The notes beneath the pieces were generated by a model. That model saw only the letters and a program-made list of their open reading frames with translations, had not been told where the DNA came from and did not search any database. A DNA stretch of 64,000 bases from Octopus sinensis (lineage: Eukaryota): contig NC_043010.1 of assembly GCF_006345805.1 (NCBI RefSeq), forward strand, positions 61,132,001-61,196,000. Direction: 5' to 3'. The first letter of the stretch is position 1. The number at the start of each line of letters is the position of its first letter. Positions 50,456-62,499 of this stretch are shown piece after piece. Both the position numbers and the translations under genes were made by a program.

Positions 50456-51664
50456 ACTCACTCACAGTTTAGAAGATGGTGCTGAAAGTGATTTAAATTA
50501 CTGTTCTGGCAACTTAAGCAGGCAATTTCGTTTTCAAAATTCTTTCACCATCTACACATGTCGTAAAAGCTTCAGATTTCAAACTCTGAAGCTGTTTTCT
50601 AATCTTCTTTGACGTCAATGCACACACTACTTACTGGCGCTTCACTTTTCACAGAGCATTTTCTCTTCTTCGTACATAATATGTTGTGTTCACACACACA
50701 CACACAACGGTGCCCCGTGTGAGTGGATGGGTGGGTGTGTGAACAGATGTAGAGGTGTGGGTGTGTGTGTGTATAAATGTACATACATACGTGTGTGGGT
50801 GTGAGACGAGGGACAGAAATTGTTGTAAAGGGTGTTAAATATATATGGTTGGCATTATATATATATATTATGTGTGTGTGCAAGTGTGAATACACACATA
50901 TAGATGTGTGTGTGAGAGAGAGAGAAAAACAGGTATCGACGGTGATTGCTAGATACGTGCATCGGTGACTCACCACCACCTGTCCAGTTACCCACATCTG
51001 TACGTTAGTGTCTGTACACACACACAGACATATATATATATACTCTTACTCTCTTTTACATGTTTCAGTCATTTGACTGCGGCCATGCTGGAGCACCGCC
51101 TTTAGTCGAGCAAATCGACCCCGGGACTTATTCTTTGTAAGCCCAGTACTTATTCTATCGCTCTCTTTTGCCGAACCGCTAAGTGACGGGGACGTACACA
51201 CACCAGCATCGGTTGTCAAGCAATGCTAGGGAGACACACACAAATACACACACACACACACATATATATATAATATATATATACACACACACACCACACA
51301 CACACACAACACACACACACACATATATATATAGATAACAGTAAGTGTGATGATTACGTATTATGTGAAGGTGGTGGTTGAGATGGCATTAAAATGTATG
51401 GATTAATGCAATGTGTATTACGTGTTTCTGTAGGCTAATTGCAAAGTTATATTCTGTATATCTGTCCTGTCGGCTGTTAACCGTGTGTAATAGTGTACAC
51501 TAATACACACACTATATATATATATATATTTATATATATTATATAGCTGCCGGTTAATATGAAGTATTACTCAAAATTGTAATTGTACGTGGTAGCTTTT
51601 TTTTTTTTGTAGTTTTAATTAAATCACCTTAATTAAGCTGTAAAGAACTCGCGAACTTCCCTCC

Positions 51665-51708
<44 letters not shown>

Positions 51709-52496
51709 TCACTCACAGTTTAGAAGATGGTGCTGAAAGTGATTTAAATTACTGTTCTGGCAACTTAAGCAGGCAATTTCGTTTTCAAAATTCTTTCACC
51801 ATCTACACATGTCGTAAAAGCTTCAGATTTCAAACTCTGAAGCTGTTTTCTAATCTTCTTTGACGTCAATGCACACACTACTTACTGGCGCTTCACTTTT
51901 CACAGAGCATTTTCTCTTCTTCGTACATAATATGTTGTGTTCACACACACACACACAACGGTGCCCCGTGTGAGTGGATGGGTGGGTGTGTGAACAGATG
52001 TAGAGGTGTGGGTGTGTGTGTGTATAAATGTACATACATACGTGTGTGGGTGTGAGACGAGGGACAGAAATTGTTGTAAAGGGTGTTAAATATATATGGT
52101 TGGCATTATATATATATATTATGTGTGTGTGCAAGTGTGAATACACACATATAGATGTGTGTGTGAGAGAGAGAGAAAAACAGGTATCGACGGTGATTGC
52201 TAGATACGTGCATCGGTGACTCACCACCACCTGTCCAGTTACCCACATCTGTACGTTAGTGTCTGTACACACACACAGACATATATATATATACTCTTAC
52301 TCTCTTTTACATGTTTCAGTCATTTGACTGCGGCCATGCTGGAGCACCGCCTTTAGTCGAGCAAATCGACCCCGGGACTTATTCTTTGTAAGCCCAGTAC
52401 TTATTCTATCGCTCTCTTTTGCCGAACCGCTAAGTGACGGGGACGTACACACACCAGCATCGGTTGTCAAGCAATGCTAGGGAGACACACACAAAT

Positions 52497-52545
<49 letters not shown>
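50040..52545. repeat. Near-identical tandem duplication of about 1.25 kb
   Basis: Identical ORF-track translations at 50599/51850 and 50777/52028 (offset 1251); differences are essentially microsatellite lengths; junctions lie in (CA)n/(TA)n. Confidence 0.92.
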
Positions 52546-52665
52546 AGGTTGAGTCGGGGTTAACCACAGTAAATAAGGTACTCAATACATAGCAGAGTAA
52601 ATTAATTTATTATATAGAAGGAGCTTCTACAGGACTAGAACTGTTGTCAACAACTCTTGTCAACT

Positions 52666-52716
52666 AGCTTCCTGATGATTTCTTTTGAATGAAACAGTTC
52701 TAGTCCTGTAGAAGCT
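52666..52716 (+). ncRNA. Type I hammerhead ribozyme, intact core
   Basis: AGCTTC-CTGATGA-T.TTC.TTTT.GAA.T-GAAA-CAG.TTCTAGTC.CTG-TA-GAAGCT: 6-bp helix I, short helix II, 4-bp helix III, GUA cleavage triplet. Confidence 0.8.
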
Positions 52717-54672
52717 CCTTCTATATAATAAAATATATATATATATATAATCCGCAGAAAGTTTCAAAAGTGACTCAAAAACCAAAAGTTTTGTGTTAAG
52801 TACTGTGTAAGAAACTCTTGGCCTTTGAATCACCTTAATTTTTTTGCAGTTTAAAATTTAAAAAAAATTATGTGTACATATCTGTAGTGTGTGTGTATAT
52901 ATATATATATATATACATACACACACACACATATATATATATATATACATATACACACGCACATCTATACACGCGCGTGTGTGTGTGTATATATATATAC
53001 ACACACACACACACATGCGTGTATATATAATGTGAGAGAGAGATCCAGTAGGTTTTCCCAGCCAGCCAATTCCCCACCCTCCCAGCCATCTCTGCCTTAC
53101 ATTCAGTTCCTCTGTTACTTTTTTGTTTTAAATAAAAAGCAGCAGCAGCCGTGGCACCGGAGACGGAGAGAAAGAAATAAAATAAAAAAAACCCGAGAAA
53201 TTCGTCCTATTTAGTGCAGCAATTTTGGGTTCAAGCAATAAACTTTAAAACACCCCCACCCCCACCGTCGCCGCCGCCCCCTCCGCTGCCATTAAACATC
53301 TCATTCAATCTCTTTCCTCCGCCCCAACTTTGCCTCCCCCGTTTGAAAATGGCTTCCGTGTCACATTTGTAACTCGGTTCTAGCTACCTTACAGAGTGGG
53401 AAGGGTAGAGGTGCAGGAGCGGGACATTTGCGAATTATGCTGCTTGATTTTTGTTTCTTTCTTCAAAAAAATCCCCTAATATAATCATTGTACAGTTTTG
53501 AGTTTTTCTCTTTTTCCTATTGCTATCTTAAAAGCCACATCAGGCTGACCTGTCTCCGTTTTTATTAAGGTCTTGAACTGTTTTTGTAGTCGAAGTACGT
53601 TTGATGTTTGGAAGTTATTGACTGGTTCTTGGAGGTTTCATCTGCGATATTTTTTCACACCTGCTACCTACATTTAAACAGTTCTCTCTTATCTGTACCT
53701 CTTCATCTTTAGTTCGGTGGTCTGTGTGTGTGTGTGTATTCTTTTATTATTATATTTCAGTCATTTGACTGTGGCCATGCTGGAGCACCTCCTTTTTGTC
53801 GAATAAATCTACTCCAGGACTTATTCTTTGTAAGCCTTGTTACGGGGACGTAAACACACCAACATCGGTTGTCAAGCGATGGTGTTGGGGACAAACGCAG
53901 ACACACAAATGCATATATATATATACAACAGGCCAAATCCACTCACAAGGCTTTGGTCGGCCCGAGGCTATAGTGGAAGACACTTGCCCAAGGTTCCACG
54001 CAGTGGGACTGAACCCAGAACCATGTGGTTGGTAACCAAGCCTCTTACAACACAGCCACTCCTGTGTGTACATATATACATATGTTTTCAATTTTTTTAG
54101 GCCAAAACAATGCAAGTTATAAGAAATAATACAGGTTGATGGTTTGGGTAGTCAATAATTTGGGGTTAGGAAATCTTTAATGATTTAGTGTTGGGCACCA
54201 ACTTCTCCGTTGGTAGCTCACAACACCATATCTCAAAGAATTTCCTGAAGAAGTGTCCTATAAGCCTCAAATATTGCAATATACAGTAAAAGTACAAACC
54301 ATCAACTTGTATTATTTCTTATAACTTCCTTTGTTTTGGTTATAAGAAAAAAAATTGAAAGCTTTTGTCTACATCAGACAATGCTTCAAGCAAACTATAC
54401 CACCATATATATGTATGAATAATAATAATATGACAGCAAAAGAATGAATGAGAGCTTAATATTATGTAAAATAGAGGAATGGCATTAGGAAGGGAATCCA
54501 GCTGTAGAAACACTGCCAGATCAGACTGGAGCCTGGTGCAGTCTCTTGGCTTCCCAGACCCCAGTCGAACCGTCCAACCCATGCTAGCATGGAAAACGGA
54601 CATTAAACGATGATGATGATGATGATGGTATATATAATATGTGACAACCAGTTTTTTCATAGTGTTTTGTCT

Positions 54673-54735
54673 TAATAACTGATGAGATACCGGAGCAGTT
54701 TTCAGCCCTGGTATCCGAAACTCTGAGTTTTATTA
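54673..54735 (+). ncRNA. Type I hammerhead ribozyme, intact core
   Basis: TAATAA-CTGATGA-GATACC..GGTATC.C-GAAA-CTC.T.GAG-TT-TTATTA: helix I 6 bp (extendable), helix II at least 6 bp, palindromic helix III, GUU triplet. Confidence 0.8.
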
Positions 54736-54744
54736 TGACATTCG

Positions 54745-55060
54745 CGACCGTTGCCAGCACCGCCCCGTTTCGTGTCCGTTGCCAGCCTCGCCTGGCCCTC
54801 GTGCCGGTGGCACATAAAAAGCACCATCCATTTGTGGCCGTTTGCCAGCTCTGTCTGGCACCAGTGCGGGTGGCACGTAAAAAGCACCCACTACACTCAC
54901 GGAGTGGTTGGCGTTAGGAAGGGCATCCAGCCGTAGAAACACTGCCAGATTTGACTGGGCCTGATGAAGCCTTCTGGCTTCACAGACCCCAGTAGAACCG
55001 TCCAACCCATGCTAGCATGGAAAACGGACGCTAAACAATGATGATGATGATGATGATGAT
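54745..55060 (+). mobile_element. RTE 3'-UTR tail fragment ending in (ATG)n; representative of many
   Basis: Matches the 3' UTR of the RTE at 20063-20460; other copies at 9942-10209(+), 17241-17545(-), 29026-29330(-), 54475-54628(+), 55757-55995(+), 59228-59410(-). Confidence 0.8.
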
Positions 55061-57959
55061 GAACTGTCACATATATATATATATATAATGTTTGTTGTGT
55101 GTGTGTGTATATTGGGTTCAGTTTTACTGCATGGTACCTTGGGCAAGTGTTTTAGAACATCTATAGTCTCGTACTGACCAAAGCCTTGTGAGTGACTTTG
55201 TTAGATGAAAAGTGTGTGGAAGCCCATTGTGTGTGTATGTAGTATCTTTTTAGGGGTTCGAAGGGCTACCTTAGTCAGTATGTCCTTTCCCTTCTCAAGA
55301 GGGTTGGACATTTCAGTGAATCTGGTTATTATATCTAGCAGTTCGAAAGACTTGGTAGTGGCATACTTGTTAGCTGTGATTCATATTGTATGTGTGCATG
55401 TGTATACCTTTAATTCTTTGCTAATTTCAGCCAGTGGACTGTGGCCATACTGGAGCAGTTTCCATTGCTTCTTAGGCATCATAAGTTTCAGACTGAGTAT
55501 TAACAGTAGCTTCATGTGATTAGAATTAAAGTACAGTATCTCCGGTTTTGATGGGCCAATAGAATCATTTGCACCCACTCATTATCATCATTATTTAATG
55601 TCTGTTTTTCCATGCTGGCATGAGTTGGACAATATCTAAATGCAAAAATGGTCAGTTTATCTCATAGTTAAAAACCGAAGCTATTTCCTTTTGAAATCCC
55701 AAGGATCCAAGAGAATTGATGTTTACCTATAATCTCTCTTCTTTTTTTAAAAACTGACACGTAAAAGCACCATCCGTTCGTGGCCGTTTGCCAGCTCTGT
55801 CTGGCATCTGTGCGGGTGGCACGTAAAAAGCACCCACTACACTCACGGAGTGGTTGGCGTTAGGAAGGGCATCCAGCCGTAGAAACACTGCCAGATCTGA
55901 CTGGGCCTGATGAAGCCTTCCAGCTTCACAGACCCCAGTAGAACCGTTCAACCCATGCTAGCATGGAGAACGGACGTTAAATGATGATGATGATGTTTAC
56001 CTCTAATCTTTATCTGATAGAATTGGTTTTCACCTCTGATCTCTATCATAAATAGATGAGAAACATTTACCTATGGATAGTACATCTCTAGCTTCTCCTG
56101 TGTACCATACTGTGGTACCTACTTATGGCTAGGTGGACTGTTCTTCATTGTGGTATCTACTAACAGCTTGGCAGACTCGGTGGTTGGCTGGTAGAATCAT
56201 TAGAATGTCAGACAAAACACTTTGTTGTATTTACTTTGGTTCTTTATGTTCTGTGTTCAAATCCTGTCAAGATGAAGTTTGCCCTTCATCTCTCGAGGCT
56301 CAATTAATGCAGATACTGGGCAAAACATCTTGTAGTGCTTACTTGTGGCACTTTCTTTTCTGAGGTCAAGTTTGCTTTTCAGGGTCAATTAAATAATAAA
56401 CTTATCAAGAACTGGGGTTAATTAATCAAATTGACTGCTTCTCCCTAATTTGTGGTCTTGGGCTTTTGTTAAGAGATAGATGAAATGAGTTACCAGCCAT
56501 ATACGGGGTCAGTTAACCCATTGTGGCCTTCTTAGAGATCATCATTGTTTGAGCAGATGTCAGAAATCACAGTGCCTTGTGTTGTATAGTTTTGCTCCCT
56601 TACAGTAGCTATTTGTAGCCACAAGGATGCTGCAAAATTTTGTGTATCATAACTTTCATGGTCAAGTCAGAAAATGCCGGAATATTTTGTAGATAATTTC
56701 AGTCCACTGCATCAGTATTTGTACATTTTTTTTGCAGCTGAGTGCTGTACCTACATCCATCTCTGTTTTAAAACAATTCCAATACTTGTTTTCTTAAAAG
56801 CTAATAGTGCACCGTGACTTATTCTGGGCCTTGTTCAGTGTGCTGGGGATGAAAAAAATGTTGAAAATCTCATCCAGTGTGATCGAGCCAAAACATAATT
56901 GTAAAGCAAATGATTCAGACATGTGGTTAGTTGAGTAAAGTATGAAAGTCACAGATTCCCATTTCACCTACCTTTGAAAATAAGTCTTTTGAGTTTATTT
57001 AAAGAAGAATAGTTTAGTGCCTTGTGATATTTACATTATGAGTTGGAATCCCACTGTGGTCAAATTTGCTCTTCATCATTTCATGGATTAATAAAACTAG
57101 AACTAATTAAGGTATGGTTGTGTGATTAACAAGGTTACTTTATAATGAGATAGGTCCAGCTATTGTTCCACTTACATGGTATCTTGAGCATGGTACAGTT
57201 ATGCTGTTGGGTTAACCAATAATAGCTAATGGGTGAAATTAGGCAACTGAAACTGTGGAAGGTAATTTTATGTGTGTGTGTGTGTGTTATAGGTGCTGGC
57301 ATGGCTATGAGGTTAAGAAGTCTACTTCACAAGCACAAGGTTTCAGCTTTGGTCCCACTGTGTTGCCCTTGGGGCAAGTAGCTTCTATTATAGCTTCAGG
57401 TAACCAATATGTTGCGAATGAAATTTGGTAAATAGAAGCTGTACAGAAGCCTTGTTGTGTATGTGTGCAAATCTTGACATTCCTTGGCTTTCCCTGTTAC
57501 TATCTCAGCAAAATGGTAGAATTCTTTGATAACACTCTGTCACTCTGTACTTTTGATGTTACTTGAAAAAAAAGCAAAGATTGACAAAAGGAAGGGCATC
57601 CAGCTATGAGATACTGCCTCAAATATGCCCTCATCCAACCCACACACGCATGGAAAGATGAATATTAAAGAAATATATGTGTCAGTTTACCTCTGCATTG
57701 GCAGTACTTGGGTAGTTTGTAGCATCTTTATGTCCTGTATAAACAAAAACTCTGGTAGTTAAATGGATTTCAACATGCAAAGAAATGAAATAAAGGACTT
57801 CCTATAGGTTTGTGTCAGGAAAGGCATTTGGCTGCTGAATACCTCAAAAAGTATTGGCCCCACCTGAACCAGTATGAATAAAAAGCAGGCATAAAAATGA
57901 TGTGTGTGTGTGTGTATAGATTAGCGATAATCTGGTTCATCAAACGGAAATAGCTTTTA

Positions 57960-58198
57960 TTCATTCCACCCCGGCTCCCCTTCAGGGTTGGTGATGACAG
58001 TCAAGGTTGATCTGGAACCCAACCTAGGCCCCCATATCTACGGCGTTTGCCACTGGAATAAGGAGTGGTTGGAGATCACGCAGTCGTTAGCCTCAAATCG
58101 CCAGGCCTGGTCGGCGTTTGTGAGAGATGCAGCATTGAGGATGGATGAAGCCAGCTCAACCCACCCCGGGTGAATGCTGTCTCAAGTCAAGTCAAGTT
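57960..58198 (+). mobile_element. 3' tip of an RTE-X-like LINE with (CAAGT)n tail
   Basis: TVKVDLEP...WLEITQSLASNRQAWSAFVRDA...PG* followed by TCAAGTCAAGTCAAG. Confidence 0.6.
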
Positions 58199-58206
58199 AA
58201 GCACAA

Positions 58207-58528
58207 TCTCTATATATATAAAGCTGAAGTTGTCTGTGTATGACAGGTTTGGTAGCCTTCAACTAACACTATCTCCTCCGAGACCCTGCGGCGCAAGTTG
58301 ACTAAAATTGAGAGTATAATAGAAGAAGGCTTGCTCTTCCTTCCGTAGAAGAAAATATTCAAATCAGACCATGTTAACACCAAAAATTATTTACATCAAA
58401 AAGGTGCTTTTTTTCTATGAAAATCCCTATTTTTTACGATTTTTTTGTCTGCTGTGTCGCCATTTTTCAGTGTATTTCAACCAGAAAAATGTTCACTATT
58501 CCCGAGCAACGCCGGGCGATACTGCTAG
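58207..58528 (+). mobile_element. Non-autonomous Helitron-like element (about 320 bp)
   Basis: 5' TC after a host A; subterminal hairpin CCCG-AGCAACGC-CGGG (58501-58516); 3' CTAG followed by a host T. Confidence 0.7.
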
Positions 58529-58825
58529 TCCCCACTAAATCTCTGTTGCAGTGAATCTGTTGGCCTGTTGACCACCTATAACCATCAGTTCAATGCTCTT
58601 GTTAACAGAATTTATGATCTCATGGAATTGGAGTTAAATTGGTAAAATCTCAACTTGAGTAGGTCTTGAAATTGTTGTTGTTGTTGTTAGAGTGACAGAT
58701 GGTAAAATCAGTGGAATGTTGGGCAAAATATTTTGCAGTATTTTAGGCATATCTTTTTATTTATAGTGTGAGTTCAAATCCTGTCAAATTTAACCTGCTT
58801 TTCATCTTTCCAGAGGTTGATTTAA

Positions 58826-59036
58826 CCCTTTCGATACCAAACCACCTCTGGCTCTGTAGTACAAATGTCTTGTTTACAAAAATTCTGAATTAAAATCTTC
58901 TGCCAAACCTTAGTCACAATTTATATTCCTAACACTAGCTGAATGATAACTAAGATATTTTACTAAATCCTTTGTTATATTTAAAATCAATTGAAGAAAC
59001 ACAAAGCATCTCAACAGAAATAGGGTAACAAAAGGG
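58826..59036. mobile_element. piggyBac-type MITE (second family)
   Basis: TTAA|CCCTTTCGATACC ... GGTAACAAAAGGG|TTTA; 11/13 TIR match. Confidence 0.6.
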
Positions 59037-60789
59037 TTTAAATATTTACTGAGAAGGGATCCAGTTCTCTTCCACTCCAGGCAGTGGCCATGTGGGGAAA
59101 AATCAAGAAAACTAATGATTGATCTTTTGACGACTTTCATCCCTTGTGTGGTGGAGGTCAAAACATTGCATCCCACCTTCACAACATTGTGACAGTATTT
59201 TAAATCATTATAATAGTTATTGGTTTGAATTATCATTTAACATCTGTTTTCCATGCTGGCATGGGTTGGATGGTTTGGCAGGTGATGGCCAGCTGGAGGG
59301 CTGCACCAGGCTCCAGCCATCTGTTTTGGTATGGTTTCTATGACTCAGTGCCCTTCCTAATGCCAACCACTTAACAGAGTGTACTTGGTACTTTTTACAT
59401 GCTACCAGCATATTGGATGGATTACAAAATTGGTAGAGCATCCTATAAATGACCTTCAGTCTTTAGCTATGTCTCTTTGTGTGCTGAGTTCTAATCCAGC
59501 TTGGGTCAACTTGATTTTTCATCCCCCTAGGGTCAAAAAATAAACATAACTCTATACAGAGACCAGATACCAGCTTTTATTATTATTATTATTGTTGTTG
59601 TTGTTGTTGTTGAGGCCGTGAGCTAGCTGGGTCATGAGTGCATCGGACAAAATGCTTTGTGGCATTTGTTCCATTTTTCACTTTCTGAGTTCAAATCTCA
59701 TTGAAGTCGATTTTACCTTTCATCCTTTCAGAATTGATAAAATAAATACCAGTCATGTACTGGGATCAGTGTGATTGACCAGGCCCTCCCCCTAAAATGT
59801 CAGGCCTTGTGCCTATAATAGAAAGGATTATTTATTATGCAAGACGGCAAGCTGGTAAAGTTGTTAGATACTTAACAGGAGTTTGTCCATCTCTGTATTC
59901 TGAGTTCAAATTCTGCCCAGGTTGACTTTACCTTTCATCCTTTTGGGGTCAGTAAAGTAGGTGTCAGTTGAGCCCTGGGGTTGATTGAGTTGATTTGGCA
60001 CTGCTGGCCTTGTGCCAAAATTCAAAATTATTATTATTTCAATAATCACCAATGATCTTCTGTTGCTCCTCCATGTTCCAGAGTTAGTTTGCAGCTTTGC
60101 ATTTTATAAATGGAGGATTGGGTTTCAATGTGATTCTTCATTAAGGCCTGCCATTCAAAAAGCCTTGCATGCCACAGTGTGCCTATGACCGGCGTAGAGT
60201 ATGTGAAGTGTGATTGGTTAAATGTGTTTTAATATTACTCACTTGTCCTTGCGGCAGTATTTGCTTGGTGGGTTCAGCCAGTTCCAACCAACAAGTTCCT
60301 CGCATCCCTCACAAATGTTGACCCCATCCGATGGCCGGCCCTGGATAGCATGGTCACATAGCTGTCAGTTTCTGTTTTAATTTAAAGCCTAAATTTGATG
60401 TTTTGGTGGCCTCAGTATTAATGTTTGGAGTTTCAGTGGGAATACAAGTTCACTCGTGGTTCCTGGTCCCATGCACACTCTTTGGGATAGTGTGACCCAG
60501 AGCAGCTCATCTTGTTGTTAATTGTCAACCATCACAGAGGATTCGCTGACCAAGTCACTGCCAATTATTGGAGCAGATGTAGCCTGGGTTTCAAACAGGT
60601 TCTAGGGACTTGCTTTAGCAAAAGCTAAGGGTGCTACACTTGCAGTGGTCCTCCAGCATGCCAGACACCAACCCCCAAATTTCTGAGGACCCATGGTAGA
60701 TGTGCTTTTGTATCAGATGGGGATTAGGTGGAGTATGTGTGGATTGGTGTTGTTTTTATTGTTTTAGTATGTGATGTTAAGAGAAGAGG

Positions 60790-61372
60790 CATGGATAAGT
60801 GACCAGGTTATTTTGGCTTACAGTTTTAAAATCATCATCTGAAAAAGATTTTCTAACTAGAAAGGGTATGGCCTGGTCAGCCTGCAAGGACATGCATAAG
60901 ATCTGGTCATCAAATCTAAGTAGAGATTTCAAACTTGAAATCTTCAAAGCCACAGTCGAACCAATTCTACTATAATGGCTCAGAAACCTGGACGTTATCA
61001 AAGAAGCTTGAGAGGCGGTTGGATGGAACCTACACTCGCCTCCTTATGAGAGCTCAAAATCTCTCGAGGAAGCGCCATCCAACCAAAATGCAAATATATG
61101 GGAAACTACCACCTGTATCATCTCTTGTGAAAGGTAGAAGAGTCCAATTTGCTGGACATTGTTGTAGAGCTGAAAAAGAGGTAATCTCTACTCTTCTCTT
61201 CTGGAAGCCATCTGCTCGCGATACCAGAGGGCGTACACCCTCCTAACCTGATGTAATCTCCAGGGATACAGGCATCAAGCAACAGGACCTCCGTAATGCT
61301 ATGAGGTCTGGCGTAACATAGTAAATTCCATTGTCTCGACCACGTTTGAACAATGATGATGATAAGATCACA
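60790..61372 (+). mobile_element. 3' fragment of an RTE/RTE-X-like LINE
   Basis: KGMAWSACKDMHKIW...VEPILL.GSETWTL..LDGTYTRLL..RRVQFAGHC..YPDVISRD; ends in an (ATG)n tail. Confidence 0.75.
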
Positions 61373-62299
61373 AGTTCAATTCCTGGTGGTACGTTGTGTC
61401 CTTGAGCAAGACATTTCAGTATCATATTGCTCCAGTTCACTCAGCTGGCCAGAATGAGTTGTAGCTGGATTTCAAAGGGCCAGCCTTGTCATGTCCTGTT
61501 TCACACTGAATCATCCTGAGAACTGTGTCAAGAGTGCAAATGCCAGTGGAGTACTCAGCCACTTGCGTGTTAATTTTACAGACAGGCTGTTCCATTAGTT
61601 GGGTCCACTGGAGCAACTGTCACCGTAACCAGCAATGTGCCAGTAAATGATGTTATTCAGTTGAATATGAGGTCAGTGAGTTAGTGATAGTGGTGGTGGA
61701 GTAGAGTGATATCTCTGTACAGTGTGTGCTTTGTGGCTTGTCATTTCTCTTCTTAGTCCCAGATTGGCCCAAATTAGACACATTTATCATCAAATCTATT
61801 TCAGCCTAAATTTATTCTGTCTACAACTACTTTTAAACAATTTGTTTCTTTTTCAAGATGGTAGGATATGACTTGAGGTGAATTCATCTCCTGTTTCTTC
61901 TATAAGTGACCCCACAGAGGGTTCCCCTTTGGTGTGTGGATTGTTAGATGTTGTCCGTGTGATGTGTGTTATTGGTAGAATTGTTAGAATGTCACAAAAA
62001 TACCTTGTGGTATTTGTTCCAGCTCTTTACATTCTGAATTCAAATCCTGCCTTGGACAACTTTATTTTTTATTTTTCATCCTTTTAGGATCAATAAAATA
62101 AAGCACCATTCAAGTATGGGGGTCACTGGAATCAACGTTTCCTTGTCCACTTAAGTTATAGGCCTTGTACCAAAAATTTGTAACAATAATTATTATTATT
62201 GCTGGCCTTGTGCCAAAATTTGAAACCATTATTAAGCAGAGAGGATTATCATCGTCATCATCATCATTATTATTAATTTGTTTCATTATATTCATTGTG

Positions 62300-62323
62300 T
62301 GTTTTTCTTCTTTTTTTTTCCAG
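62300..62323 (+). promoter_or_regulatory. Probable 3' splice acceptor of the coding exon of the third ZNF gene
   Basis: GTTTTTCTTCTTTTTTTTTTCCAG| lies about 175 bp upstream of ATG 62500. Confidence 0.6.
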
Positions 62324-62499
62324 AAAACGTGTGAAAAGAATCCCAAAGGACAAGATATCAATAATTTGTGAGTTACTGCTGAGAAGAGTTCGAGGGAGGA
62401 GATTTGAAATCATCTTTCACTACATTGAAGATCTGTGATCCAAATGGATTAGTCATCATCTTAATGTTCTCTCCTTAATCTCTTACTTGAAGGGCTAAA

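Noticed and set aside
54955-54990. CTGATGA-AGCC-TTCT-GGCT in RTE tails (also about 55906)
   Set aside because: No GAAA follows; it is a mutated version of the RTE UTR sequence CCTGGTGCAGCC.
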